DNA of 64,000 nucleotides, from positions 1 through 64,000 of the forward strand of contig JAPETS010000061.1 of NCBI GenBank assembly GCA_026023565.1. The letters are read 5' to 3'. Positions 35,981-49,284 of this stretch are shown in pieces; position 1 is the first letter of the stretch, and every line of letters starts with the position of its first letter. The position numbers were made by a program, and so were the translations under genes. The stretch comes from Cirrosporium novae-zelandiae (taxonomy: Eukaryota). The notes beneath the pieces were generated by a model. It was not told the origin of the DNA, searched no databases, and saw nothing but the letters and a program-made list of their open reading frames with translations.

Positions 35981-36147
35981 CCCTTGTTGGTCGAGGTTGC
36001 TTTAGGTTATTTTTTTTATTTATATAAGCCTAGTTTTGCTGTCCATTACACCCATAATATTGACCTAAAACTCCCCCCCCCTTTTTGAAAAAAAAATTTC
36101 GGCAACCGAAGCTGAAAACTATTCATGATGGTCCCAAATTTCCACAG

Positions 36148-36817
36148 CTAAACGATTTCCCATTTTTGGGGATCTTCAACAGTCTCGAATTCCCCGGGAG
36201 ATGATGGGTCACCCTATGTGGTCCGTCAGCATCAGCACCAATATCATCATCATCATCAAAAACTCAACCATCAAACTTATATGTAAAAGAGAGAGAGAGT
36301 GAGAAAGGCCTGGCTTAAAACTGACCTTTAATGCCTTCTTCACCTCAAAGGCCTCCATCTCAAAAGTCTCCTTCACCTCCTTCGCCCCCAAAGCCTCCTT
36401 CATCCCCAAAGCCTTCCTCAGTCCCACTATTTCCTTGGATCGGGCCCTGAACGCTATTTCGAGATCATGGAGCTGTTCCTGTGGTGGTTGAATTTCAACA
36501 ATCAGCTCCGCCATTATATTTTCTCTTAAGCTGAGCTGCGAAAAAAGAAAAGTACGAACCCTGAGCTCAATGAGATAAATAAAATGGGATGCTGTCACTT
36601 CGAACGTCTCCTGTTTTGGAGCTCCCCGGACTATTGTTACACATTCTTTTTGCGCGTCGACTTTCTGCTGGAGGTTTCTGATTTGGGTGTTATTGGCCTG
36701 GAGTCGGATGGACAGGGATTTAATTTCTTCGTTCTGGGTTTCAATATGTGAGATCAAACGCTCTTCTAGCTGGGACAAGGGCATGGCTTTGACGAAGTTT
36801 TTGGTGTTTTCGCTCAT
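36148..36817 (-). CDS. Hypothetical coiled-coil protein, 3 exons, ending ...EDPQKWEIV
   Basis: ATG 36817; phase-0 introns 36559-36479 (GTTCGT...GCTGAT...CAG) and 36325-36214 (GTCAGT...GCTGAC...TAG); heptad-like LEERLISHIETQNEEIKSLSIRLQANNTQIRNLQQKV. Confidence 0.6.
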
Positions 36818-37655
36818 GTTCGAAGATGTAGGGATGATGTATTGCAAGGGAGGTTTAAGGGGGGGAGTTTTGATATGGAACATGAGCTGGTGGAAATTTT
36901 GTTTTGGAAGAAACGAGGAGCTGAAAAGTGGTGAAGAATTATCTTCAATAATCTTTTGGGATTTGTATGTATCAGTAAGTATTGAATGGATCTTGGTGGA
37001 ATTTGTCTGGCGAAGTCCCTAGTATTTATATATTATCCTCCGCTCACATGCAACAAACAACAATAGTCTACTCTTCGGAGAGTTACATGTGATATATCGC
37101 CCTAGGACAAGCTAATCATTGAAAGGGTGACAAGGAAAAGAAGGTTACCGTGCTGTGAAACAAATATCATTGCTCTTCCGGCTACGGGGGGATGGTTGAT
37201 AGGGCTGAGCAAGAAAAATGTAAAGCCTAATTGATATCGTCATTACTAGTCCAGTTTCCTAGAACCCGACCAAAATCCGGCTAGGGTCAGTTCTTGTCCT
37301 GAGAGGGAAGGTTCAAACTGTGTCTTGTTGGGTGTGTCGCATCACGCCTCGTTGAGTTAGAAATTTCTCTGTTTACAACGACTTCGTGAGTAAAAGGAGG
37401 AACATCATCAGAGATTTGCTTTGACGGTACCACCACAGGTTATATTCAACACTCTTACTACCAATACCTAGAGTTCTATCACGCAACTGCATTAGCTAAT
37501 TCTTGTGCTCTACCTACTGTAACAAGGGGCTTGACTGTCTTGTATCTTACACTTGCTATCCCCGACGAATAATAGAACATGTGGTTGCCAAGGTTAAATC
37601 AAATGCAACGTCCGAGACCCATGTCAAAAATTACCTATCCAAAGACAAACGTTAT

Positions 37656-39845
37656 TTAGCGAGCAATAATAGCTCTCTCTATCAAACCTTTCGGTGTAGT
37701 CGCAGGGCCAATTAATCTTGTTTTAGCCACAATTGCATAGGCTTTCATTCCGTCATTCGATTCAACTAGGTCCAAATCTTCAAGGATCCAAGCTCTGGAC
37801 ATCCAGTTGTATGACTCACTGACGAGAGCTTTAGGTATGCAAAGATACCAAAGACTCGTTAAGCTCCTCCAGGTATTAAGAGACACCAAGGGAAATTTAG
37901 GAGTAAAGACAACAAATTGGGAGGTGTCTTCGGCTTGTTCGATAGTGCAAATCTGGACTGCACAAGGTTCCAGAGGCCTATTCTGGTCATCTTTATTGGG
38001 TATTGCAAGGCCAATACCAATAAGCACATCCACAAAATTCAGTATATGAGCATAACAATTATGCTCCCAAGGTAATAGAGACCAATCCACTTCCTCCCAC
38101 ATTTCATTCATATCAGGGGAGATGTCCTCTTCAATCTCCGTAGCAAGTGCCCAGTCAATAGCTTCTTCAAACCCTTCTTTTGCACGATCTTCCCAGTCAA
38201 ATATTATGCCTGATTGGCTAGAAAATTGCAAACGCTTATAACAATCAACTGACCACTCCTTGCCACATTGTAAGACGCAGGCAAGTGCTTGAATGTAATA
38301 TAAGCGTAGGTCAGCAAAGGTGGGTTCATTCATCTCATCATCAAGGCGCAGAACGGTGCTTGGGATACGAGTCGTACATGTTCCTCGATTATCAACCAAC
38401 AATCTGGCCATTGAGAGATAGTATTGATCCGGCAGGCTGATGGACTTGTGAGTACACAAATGTACAACATCAATCTCTAGCCCCCTTTTTGTTATGCATG
38501 TATTCATTATTGTTGGAGGTATTATAGGACTTCCTTGAGGTCTTGCCTGATCGCCGCCACCAGGCAATGGCATTCGTAGCCACTGATTCTCGTTCAAACT
38601 GCGGAGCTTTAGTCCATTTAAGGTCAATGCCGTTGGATCGCCAGCCGCTAGGGCTACAATCGTTATTAGCCTACAGCAATTTTCAATTGTGATTCCAGTT
38701 ACCCCTCGATAGTATAGACCGGATTCCAAGGTATTCAATACTATGGAAATCTTGTCAGCTACTTCGAAAGCACCAAGGGTTGCAATCTCAGCAAACATGT
38801 GCATATAACTTCCGTCGCTGTGTACCGTCTCAGTACCAAAGGCATCTGCTGCATCAAGTGCACCAAGTTGTTCTCTGAGACGGCGTGCCCGCAGTAAGGT
38901 TGATTGGTCCATCCCGGAAAACCTGCGTGAAATTTCTCCAAGATTCTGATGCTCAATCTCTTGACGTATCCAGATTCTCGATGCATTAAAAAGAAAAGGT
39001 CCATCAACACGAATAATTCCTATCGCCCTTGATTCATTCTCTGAATGAACTGGTATCAGGAAAGCATGCCTCTTACTAACGAGAAATTCATGCAGACACC
39101 ATGCTCGTGCAAACCATCGGGCCTCTATAATCTTCCTAAACGTGCTAGCTATATTATTTAGGTCATCTCTAGTCATTTCCTCGCTCAAATCTGTGGTCAT
39201 GGGAGGTCTGTTTACATATGCAAAAACAGAATCTACTTCTTGCTTGTTCAAAGCAATATCTTCTAATGCAATGACGACCTTGCGGGCAGAGCGATAGAGC
39301 AAGTCCATGGCTCCGATGGCCAGATGTTTTTCCATGCTAGATGTTTGTGTGATACATAGCTGATCTATCCAAAAGGGCTCGTTGATATTATCTCGTTGTG
39401 CAAGAAAAGCGTTCCACATAAGCAATGTTAGCGGGCAGGCATCAAGGTTAGATGTTTGGAGACATGGGTGCTGACTCCAAGCAGACGAATGCCATGAATA
39501 GCTAAGAATAATGAAACTTTGTGGTGGCTCTTCAAGACAGTTTGCACAATCATAAAGAAGGCGAAAGGTGAACTGATCGATAGCCGTCTTCTTGAGTCCA
39601 AATTGGTTCCTAGTCAACGGGTCTAGCTGACCAAGCGCCTCTAGAGTGCGTTCGCCTTTGGAAGAGTTCTCGGATGATATATTCAAGAGTGTGGGCTTAG
39701 CATACGCTTGGACCTCCTGAACATGAGGTACATTGTAGTTTAATTTCGAGGGCGGGTAATGTAGCTGCAAGGTCTTTGGATTATCTCTATAGTAGACCCC
39801 ATTGAGATGTTGGACACGCTGCATGGCCATGTCTAGCCATATCAC
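37656..39845 (-). CDS. HET-domain (heterokaryon incompatibility, TIR-like) protein
   Basis: HET blocks FIILSYSWH, FWIDQLCITQ, AIGAMDLLYRSARKVVIAL, WFARAWCLHE in a 729-codon ORF. Exact start uncertain (first in-frame ATG ~39830). Confidence 0.9.
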   Translation of the reverse strand: MIWLDMAMQRVQHLNGVYYRDNPKTLQLHYPPSKLNYNVPHVQEVQAYAKPTLLNISSENSSKGERTLEALGQLDPLTRNQFGLKKTAIDQFTFRLLYDCANCLEEPPQSFIILSYSWHSSAWSQHPCLQTSNLDACPLTLLMWNAFLAQRDNINEPFWIDQLCITQTSSMEKHLAIGAMDLLYRSARKVVIALEDIALNKQEVDSVFAYVNRPPMTTDLSEEMTRDDLNNIASTFRKIIEARWFARAWCLHEFLVSKRHAFLIPVHSENESRAIGIIRVDGPFLFNASRIWIRQEIEHQNLGEISRRFSGMDQSTLLRARRLREQLGALDAADAFGTETVHSDGSYMHMFAEIATLGAFEVADKISIVLNTLESGLYYRGVTGITIENCCRLITIVALAAGDPTALTLNGLKLRSLNENQWLRMPLPGGGDQARPQGSPIIPPTIMNTCITKRGLEIDVVHLCTHKSISLPDQYYLSMARLLVDNRGTCTTRIPSTVLRLDDEMNEPTFADLRLYYIQALACVLQCGKEWSVDCYKRLQFSSQSGIIFDWEDRAKEGFEEAIDWALATEIEEDISPDMNEMWEEVDWSLLPWEHNCYAHILNFVDVLIGIGLAIPNKDDQNRPLEPCAVQICTIEQAEDTSQFVVFTPKFPLVSLNTWRSLTSLWYLCIPKALVSESYNWMSRAWILEDLDLVESNDGMKAYAIVAKTRLIGPATTPKGLIERAIIAR

Positions 39846-41298
39846 GTAAGATGGACATTTGGAGATGGATTGTTTCTATACTATTGTTATTAGCATTTTG
39901 ATGGAGAAGAGGAAGGTGAATTCAACAGCTGATGTACGTACTTGGTATAAAGTGGCTAGTATTTACGGTCAACGCCACGAATTTAAGATTCAGGTAATAA
40001 GGTTGGAAAAGGACGGATGGCATAGCTTCGGGTAATCTAGAACCTTTTAATTTCCAGTGAAGGGTATTATGTAATACAATCCACACAACCCACACAACCC
40101 ACACAACCCACACGATACAATAATTAATACTTGGCCATATCTAACTTATTGTTCTTGAGAATAAAGGAAAGATGGTTGAGATATTTGTTTAGCTATTAAT
40201 GCCTAACATCCGCTTACAAACACACGCACCCTTCGAATCTTCGATGCCATTTCTACATTGCCAACTTCAAAGCCTCAAGTCTCAACGCCTCAACGCCTCA
40301 AAGCCTACTGAAATCATTTCTATTTCCAAGGCCCTTCTATTTCCTTTTCTATAAGCACTTGTGGCCATGAAGAGTACTTTGCATTCGCAAGTATGGAAAA
40401 GTCCAAGAACAAACTTCAATAACAGATGGCAATAGAGTTTGACCAGATGGCACCTCCTCGGTGATATCAAAGTCTAACCAAACTCTCCAAGACCCTACCA
40501 TCCTGCCCCACATAACTATTCAATTAATATGAATCGGATGTGGACCACCATTTTCATACGGATGATACTGCCCATGGGCCCCCCGGATTTGAAAACGCTT
40601 GACTCTAACTATTCTAAACCCCAGGAGCTGATCTTCTTGAAGAAAAGCTTGGTAAAGGTTAACGTTACCTCCTTTCTAACATGTCCTTTCATCTCATTGA
40701 AATTCTTGCTATCTATATCATCCCTCTAGCGTCATCTGATCATCTCGTTACTCCCTGTTTATACTTTATCTTTAAGGTTCTTATCAAAATATCTCTCTTG
40801 GCAGGTCAGCCCCAGATCCAACGTGTCAAGACTGAAGACTCAGGAGTTTCGTATTAGCTATCCGAATTGTGCCGACGATATCCTAAGACTCAGACGATAC
40901 GACAATATGCTTCTTCCAGTTAAGCTTATACTACCTTGGATGTTTGTTCTGATGGGGTGATTCTTCACTTGATAGATGTCCTTATTTCCTTCATCGCTTA
41001 CGTAGAAAACTGATTGGAAAATATTCACTCGATTAATCTCAGGGGATAAAGCCATGAAGCCAACCTTCCGGGATGGCAGATCCTTCCAATATGCTTCTCC
41101 TAGAGGTCCACATTTTCTGGTTTCAGGCTTATATTATAACATTCCCATTCATTCTTGGCTGTTCATGTCGCTCTTTAACTCTTAATTTCCCTTTCCATTT
41201 GTTTTCCAGTCTACCAACCTACCCTTTGTCGATCTTTTACATACTTTAAGCACCCGTATCTACAGCTTAAATTTTATATTCTCTCATCGGCTGTCGAA

Positions 41299-42806
41299 AT
41301 GGTTGATCACTCTCATCAGACAATAGCGTTGGCCCTTATCGTTGTCTTGTCTGTTGTTAGCACTGTTATCTTCGCACTTCGTCTTGTGGGATTGAGTCTA
41401 CAGAAGAGGTTTGGGATAGGTCAGTAAAAGCTACCCGTCTACCGTTATTAATTCTGATTTATATAGAGGATGGGCTTATTGCCTGTGCTTGGGTAAGATA
41501 ATTCTGGAGCTTGTCGGTGGTCTCGTTCTAAATATAACAGGTGATTTCGGTCATTGAGTCCTATCTATCGTGGAGATGTAAGTATATATGATGTGTAGTA
41601 ATTAATTTTGTACTAATTTTATATCAGTCGTCATTTACATGTATATCGGATACCACAATAAAGATATGCCCAAAGATTGGGCAACAACGGACTTGGAATA
41701 TGGATTGCATGTTAGTTTCATTGATCTATTACTGGCTTCTTTCTTCATCCAAGTAGAAGTGGTTTTGTCCATATATTTAACTAATCCGAAATATAGTACT
41801 ATTATGGCATAGAACTAACTCACAATATTATTTTATCCCTCGTGAAGGCCTCAGCCCTAATCTTCCTGGACCGAATCAACGGAAACCAGATTCCCAAAAT
41901 AAGATATGCAATCCGAGGAGCATTCCTCTTAAACGCCTCGATAGCAATCATCTTCCTCATCGCCCTTATTTTTCAATGCAGTCCTATCTCATACGCTTGG
42001 ACCGTCGCTAATCCCGCTACTAAACATGGGAAATGCGTCGATCAAGGTGTATTGTACACGATCCAGGGGGTATTGATTATCGTAACCGATATCTTTGTAC
42101 TCTCCCTTCCAGCCTGTATCGTCTATAACCTGCACATGCGCCTCCGACAGAAAATTGCAGTTACGTGTCTTCTCTCCCTAGGATTAATGTACGTTTTCTC
42201 TCTCCCGTCTTCAGCCTATCTTTCTTTACCCTAGCATTCGCTAATTTTCCATTTAGTGTAACCTTGGTCGGCTGTATCCGCTTAAAAACCGTTATCCACC
42301 ACTACTTCCAAAAAGCTGATCCAGATGGAAACTGGGACATATCCTTTATCGCCTCCACCGTAGAGGTAGATGTTGCAATCATGACAGCGTGCGGCCCCTC
42401 CCTCAAACCCCTAATGCAGCGCTGGCTTCCCCGTCTCCTCGGCTCATCCTACAAGACCTCCGAACGGCGCGGAATCTCTCAAACCTACGGCCGCACACCC
42501 AAATCAGGGACCACGCATCAAAAGAGAAGCAAGAGTGGCACGATGGTTGACTACGAGATGGGGAAATATCAGGGAAAGAAGCTTCATAGTACGACTACAA
42601 AGGGGGATGGAGAGAGCGAGCAAGATATCATACCGCAGAGTGGAATCACGAAAACAATGAGTGTGAATGTCAAGATTGGTGACTCGTCGGAGACTATGGT
42701 GATGGATAGTGATAGAAGAAGGATACCTGGAATCGGGATCCGAGAGATTGATACCCCACCCAAAGGAGGGAAATCGACAGCTGAGAGCGTGGATAGTTTG
42801 GTTTGA
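41299..42806 (+). CDS. PTH11-like (non-CFEM) integral membrane receptor
   Basis: Spliced FALRL...RFGI-EDGLIACAW, LVKASALIFLDRI, IFQCSPISYAW, IVTDIFVLSLP, LHMRLRQKIAV, STVEVDVAIMTACGPSLKPL; about five short introns; Ser/Thr-rich cytoplasmic tail. Confidence 0.88.
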
Positions 42807-45465
42807 TAAGGGTAAGGTAAGGAGCAAAAAGGAAATGAAAAATTGGATGAATCTGAAGAGGAGCCTAAAGGAAGCATATGGGTCTTCTTTAACTAATGAA
42901 TGTGGGAAGTAAAAAAGATTGAGAGAGATGTATATTAATACCTTATACCCAAGTGTACGATAGACAGACAGACAAGGGAGAACTGATTAATGGTCGACAA
43001 GTTCGGAATATCTCAGGGAAGGGAGGGGATCGAATGCCATCCCGTCCATGCCATCTCATCCATCCACTGTAGTAATCAACAAGTATTATACCTCGGTACC
43101 TTTCCAAATGATAGACCATAGACCATAGGTCTAGACCACTCAGCTCCCCTTGAAACAAAAAGCCAGTAATTAGTCCCTGAACCGGGTACCCCCCCCGCTC
43201 CGCTCGGAAACGCGGAAACTCGGGTGCTCCCAGCTCCCCCAGACCCGCCCCAAGCTCCCAGGCACACACGCCGAAGGTAAAAAAATCCATAGTCTAATAT
43301 CCATGCTTTTATTTTGAATTTGCTTTGTTTTATATAAAAACAAGGGTCCGTAACAGCACAACCCCCACAACTATACATCAGAATGCAAAATGCACAATGA
43401 AACGCAAAAGCCTATATCAACTCAAGCAAGCAAGCACGTGGCAAGGAAGCAAGCAAGCAAAACCATAACCAAAGCCTATATCAACTTAAGCAACCCAAAA
43501 CAAACTCTTTCTTTGAAACTCTCCAAAACCCAAACTTCTAAATATCCAAACCTTCCTCCTCCAGACCAACCTCATCCACATTATCATTACCACCATCACC
43601 ATCAGCTATAAAATAAACCCCTCAAAAAATAATAATAAAAAAAGAAAAAAAAATCCCGCTAGCGTTAGCGTTCGGTAAGTAGGTAGGTAGGTAGGTAGGT
43701 AGATAAAGATCCACCCACCCGCACAATAAAAAAAAATGATGATCTGATTTTTAGATACTATTTCTTATGGAAAGAGACGAAAGAAAAAAAGAAAGAAAAG
43801 AAAGAAAAAATAAAATTATATATTTATGACTTAACCTGACCTAACCTACCCTTTGACTTACCTTTAACTACGTACGCTAAAGTAAATAAATTCCTTTCCT
43901 TTACGTCCATAAACACATCTCTCCATGTGTGTGTGGGGGGGGGGGGTGTTTGTGGTATTGAGATGTGAGATTGGATAGAGTGAGTGAGTGAGTGAGGTAA
44001 CTGGGTAAGTAGGTAGGTAGTTAGGTTGAATATTGGACGAGAGAGAGAGAGAGAGAGGTGTGAGAGGGTGAGTCGTTTCAATTATTGGAGGGAGGGGGGG
44101 GGGTTACGGAAATGAAGTAAAGAATGGTTCAATACAACTCCATCATGACCCATCATTACCTGACCTGACCATTACCAGACCTGACCTACCTAAGTACTAT
44201 ACCAAAACACAAGTATCTCCAGAGAGGCGTGTGTACTTGATAGAGGACAAGAGGACTTAACAGAACCCAAGACCACTCCCCCCCCCCCCCTTTCTCGAAA
44301 TGAAACTAATAAATCCCAAATTCCCAAACAACAGCGAGCTATGAAAAGGAAACACCCTCTTTCGTAGAGATCGCTTGCTTCATCAGTTCACTAGCGAGCG
44401 AGCGGTCGTATTGTACGGTACGGTACGGGGTATGTATGTATGTATGTATGTATGTATAGCTTTGTTGTTTCCAGAGACAGATTAAAAGGGGGGAGAGATG
44501 CTCTGTGGTCTGTGGTGTGTGTTGTTTCCTAACCCTAGCTAACGGAGAGGAGAGGAGAGGAGTAAGCGATATAACAGGCACTTGGGATATAAAAGTGAAA
44601 ACGATAGTGCTGGGATGGAATGGGATGGGATTCGAGAAAGCGCAATGGTAAACGCACCCACTTACTATAATACTCTTCTTTCCTTTTCCTTCTTCTAATC
44701 CCCCCCCCCCCCCCCACCCTTCTCTCTCTCTTGAGAAAAAAAAAAAACTTCCATTACCCATCACCAGAACCGTATCTCACATTACATTAGGTCTCTTACG
44801 CTAGATGGCCCATGCGTTTATGCTGAAAGCAAGCAAGCAGGCAGTGCAACACCATCACAATTAATAGCATTACATGTACTATAGTTCACAAGTTTCATTC
44901 CTCTCAGTATATGAGAATAATAATAGCACCTCACAAGTCCCAATCATCATCATCATCATCATCATCAAACCTCAAACCTCAAACTTCGAAAAATTGAAAA
45001 CAAGCTAAGAGATCCGATTCGCCAACCCTACATGAGCTGCAGGTATGGTATTTCCGCTTAAATCCTTCGGACCTGCATGATCGGGACACGGGTACCGATT
45101 GGGTCGGCTGATTACCCGGGTGGGGCTTTCGGCATCGCATCCATATTCATATGGCGGAGTTAATGCGTGTGTTGGGGATATGCTAGCGCATATGGGTATT
45201 CTTGCATATTGCTTTGATTTTGGAGTTTTTTTCATTGGTGTTGAGGGGGGGAGTTGATGCGTTGATGAATTGATGGGTTTGTATATATTGGAGAGGGAGA
45301 GAGGGTCGGTCGTCATCTGTGTGTGTCTGTCTGCCTAGAAGGTACCGGGTATTTATATATTATTTCTTCACAACCGTAGTAGCTCATTGTTGGAGCCCTA
45401 CTTTACCTACCTACATACCTACACATGCTTCTCCCAAGTTTAGCAATACCTCTTTCAAATAGACA

Positions 45466-46560
45466 ATGTCGTCCACCCCAACAAACCCCTACGCTGCCGC
45501 TCACCTCTCCCCCAATGGCGAGGGAGATGCCCGTCCCACCGCCCTCCAGATAATCCACGACGAAAACCTCGTCAACAAAATGCAAGACAAAGTCATGCTT
45601 GTCACGGGCGCCTCCTCCGGCATCGGAGCCGAGACCGCTCGCGCCCTTCATGCAACAGGCGCACACGTCTTCATACAGGTGAGAGACGTGCCCAAGGGGG
45701 AGGCCGTCATGCGGGATATCCTTGCATCCAGCGAAGGCACCGGCAAGCTTGAGCTGATCAAGATGGATTTGGATTCTCTCGCGTCGGTCCGTGCTGGTGT
45801 AGAGGAGTTTCTTAAGAGGGCTAGCACGCTTAATGTGTTGGTTAATAATGCTGGTGAGTTGCTGGTTGCTGGTTGCGGCTATGCCAACCTGGGTAGGCAA
45901 GATGGAAATTAACCAGAAAAACCGCCGCGTTCAGGTGTGAGAAACCCTCCTGAAAGCCGAACCCAGGACGGGTTCGAGACCCAATTCGGAGTCAACCACC
46001 TCTCACACTTCCTCCTATTCCAACTTCTCAAGCCCACTCTCCTCGCCTCTAGCACGCCCGAATTCGCTTCCCGCGTTGTGAACGTCTCCTCAGGCGCCCA
46101 CTCCAAGAGCGCCATACATTTTGAAAACCTCAACCTCGAAGGCATCTACACCCCCGCTCTCGGGTACGCGCAGTCCAAAACCGCCAACATCCTTATGGCG
46201 AATGAGGTGGAGCGGTTGTACGGTTCCAAGGGCATACATGGACTGTCGGTGCACCCTGGGGGGATTAGGTCTGGTGCCCAAAGACATGATGATCCGGCGA
46301 TTATACGGGAGCAGCTGCAGGATCAGAAGCTGATGAAGATTTTGAAGAATACGGCACAGGGGGCGGCGACGACGGTGTGGGCGGCGGTGGGGAAGGTTTG
46401 GGAGGGAAAGGGGGGAAAGTACCTGGAGAATATGAGGGAGGGGGTTGAAGTCGAGACGGCGGATATTTATTCAGGGGGGTATAAGAGTTTTGCTTTTGAC
46501 CAGGAGGCTCAGAGGAAACTGTGGGAGGTCAGTTGTAAGTTGGTGGGGGTGAGCGAATGA
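45466..46560 (+). CDS. Short-chain dehydrogenase/reductase (retinol dehydrogenase/WWOX-like)
   Basis: VTGASSGIG, LVNNAG, DGFETQFGVNHLSHF, RVVNVSS, YAQSKTAN catalytic YxxxK, QGAATTVWAA; intron 45854-45934. Confidence 0.93.
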
Positions 46561-46973
46561 TGCGAAGTGGGGGAATAATAAAATTGTCATGATTTGGGAA
46601 AAAAAGTCAAGGTCCATTCGGTCCTGTTCAGCTGGATTATTAGTCTTAGCTTATATAGTATAAAAAATGATGATTGGGTTACTAAGTAACCTAGTATTGC
46701 ATATTATATCGAGCATGGTGCAGTGAGTAACTCAATAGTGATGATGATGAGTGAAACTTGCTCCCAGTGCAAAGTACAAGCTAAATTATCCATTCTTAGC
46801 TTTTCTTGTATGGATATATCGCGCTTCACCCGTAAATGCCTGCAAGCTGCAAGACGATTATCTATCTATCCACCCCTTCAAGAGAAAATATTTCTGCCAT
46901 ATATTTTATTCATTTAAGAGTATCAAATATCTTGCAATTTAAAATTATCCTCTGACAAAATTTCTGTTTCTGG

Positions 46974-48533
46974 TTACTCCTTTGCTAACCCAACTGTAGC
47001 TTTAATGCGTCTCCATAGTTCTCTCCTCAGCTCCACAGCTTCGCCTCGTGTCCTCTCAATTGCGCCTTTGTTTTCAACTGCTCGACGGATCAGGAATTGC
47101 AAACATTCCCGTGTACTGCCCCAGCAGAGGCATTTGAATATCTTTGGAGAAATGAGTTGATTTCGATCGCTCTCCCGTCCCGCTGTAGAGGCTGCTGTGT
47201 GCTGGCCAAGTTGAAGGAGCTTGCAGCTCACATTGTCAGCCATACCTTGCAGTTGTCCATACTCCAATGGAATAGTGGGCTGTGCAGATAATATACGGGA
47301 ACGCTGGATTTCATAGGCTCTCAGAACACTTTCGATATTATGAGATGCCACGAATAGTTGGACTTTGGGGTAACTCATTCCTTGTATGACACCAGGAAAG
47401 GAGCGGGTGAGTAACCGTTCGACGATGAAATTATAGGCCATGTCGGTTTCACGTTTCGTGTCATGGATAAGGTGGCGTGGCTCTGAAGCAATATAAGCCC
47501 CGCGAACGAGTTTGATGCCAAGAGTCCAGCCCTGCTTTTGTGCCAAATTCAAGTGCTTTGCAATGTCGTCGGGTGTTGCCTTGAGGTACGCCTGAAATGT
47601 GGTATAAACATTCGCTTCCCCATCTCTGTTGTATTTTTCCATAAGCTTAATGGTCCATGAATAAATCGAGTGTTGGAAGACTTGTTGTTCCGCATCGATC
47701 CAAACACGGGTCTTCTGAGAAGCAGCGGTCTCGCATATTTCAGATATAGCTTTCCAGAACTTTGGTGGTGGAGATTTGCTTAATTCTAGAGCTTCTGTCA
47801 CTGCAGGGCCTGCGCCAGTAAATCTGGGCATGGTCTTTTAGTCATCCGAACCTCTGCATTCATGCTTTCATTCACTAGGAAACAAGTCCTTCGATTCCGG
47901 TATGTTTGAGGAGACTCACTTGATGGAAAGAAAATCACCAGCTCCAATCATTCTCAAAGACTGTAAGTTGCCATCTCTCCAGGCGTCAATCAGCCGGTTT
48001 GAAGCGGGGTCCTCTTCATGCACTATAGGAACTACCCGACTTGACGATACCTTTGTGTCGACGACGACGTCTTTAGCATAACCAAGAATTACCCCCTTGA
48101 AGCCCATGCTTTTTATCATAGTGATTGTTTTCTTCACTTCCGTGTCATTTACACCTGCACAAAACTGATTATAGAACATGGCTCTAACCACTGCTCGAAG
48201 AATGGGATTTTTGTCTGGGTCGAGAACCAGAGAACTCGAGGAGCTGAGTCGATTTATTACTGGAAGACATCGATCAAGAAGACGTGGCGACGAGGTCAAT
48301 GACATGACCATGAGTGAGCGGATTAGTAGTCTGGGTGGAAGCAGTGAGAGAGCCGGAGGAACACTGGGACTTCCTTGGGGGTTAGAGGGAGGCTCCCTTG
48401 AAGGACCATGTTTCCTAAGTTTTATGATGGAATCACTGCTTTGAAACCGCTTCTGCGAATTGAAGCAGCATTTCCAACTCCGAAGGCGGCAATCGAATGA
48501 CATTACCCTTCTTAAAGGCGACAATGGCTTCAT
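46974..48533 (-). CDS. PUT1: Proline dehydrogenase (proline oxidase), mitochondrial-type
   Basis: FYNQFCAG, GVILGYAKD, IK-FTGAG across intron 47919-47824, WIDAEQ, YTTFQAYLK, GIKLVRGAYI, VASHN, QLQGMAD, FLIRRAVEN; basic N-terminal presequence. Confidence 0.9.
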
Positions 48534-48685
48534 GATAACTGACTAGTAGAAAAGATCTGGTACGAAAGAAGCGTACACTAACCTTAAGGACATGTAAGAT
48601 CACAGATATAAAAACAATTGCAATTGTAATACAAACTTTAGGAGACGGCTTAGGCAAGTGACAGTTAATTTTACGAAGATATAAA

Positions 48686-48806
48686 GCGGGGATATCTACC
48701 CCCCATCAAAATGATAAGCGCTATCAAGGAGAGATATAGTGGGGAACTCTCAATATCCTAGTAAGTATCGCTTTGTAGACTTCAGATAACAAATTCCTTC
48801 GTGGGG
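48686..48806. promoter_or_regulatory. Interspersed HGATAR (AreA-type) and SYGGRG (CreA-type) sites upstream of proline dehydrogenase
   Basis: TGATAA 48712, CTATCA 48721, AGATAA 48784; GCGGGG 48686, GTGGGG 48739, GTGGGG 48801. Confidence 0.4.
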
Positions 48807-49284
48807 TTAATTTCCGCAAGACTTTGATGCATGTCGGAATGTTGAACCTCCAATTGGAGTTTTAATAACGGCTCTAATGCCGAGTGGAACGATCCAGCCA
48901 TACCCGTCCTACAGCATTAAACCAAGAGTCCTGCAGGTATTCAGACATATTCGAGTAGAAGGTTTGTTAGTGAAGGTGTACTCGAGTAGGTCGGTGATAT
49001 CCAAAGATAAGCTTATTCCATTTGAACTAATTACTGTAGTTATGCTATTTATGCATCGGGTACTTGAATAATTTAGCCCGCCATGAACATTATCCTGAAT
49101 ATGCAAATTATGACGTCTTGGTTTTCCATTTCATAGTCAAACCAATCATTATTTAAAACTACCTGATTCTTAATTGGTTTTATCTCTCTAATTCTATTTC
49201 AGATTTAAAATATTATTGCTACTTGAGATATTAAGATTCACAATTAAAACCAAGTTTCCTTGTCAGAGCCTTTGTGGATCCCTC

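Noticed and set aside
42943..44764. ORFs in the PTH11-SDR intergenic region
   Set aside because: Built from microsatellites and homopolymers; no domain or codon signal.
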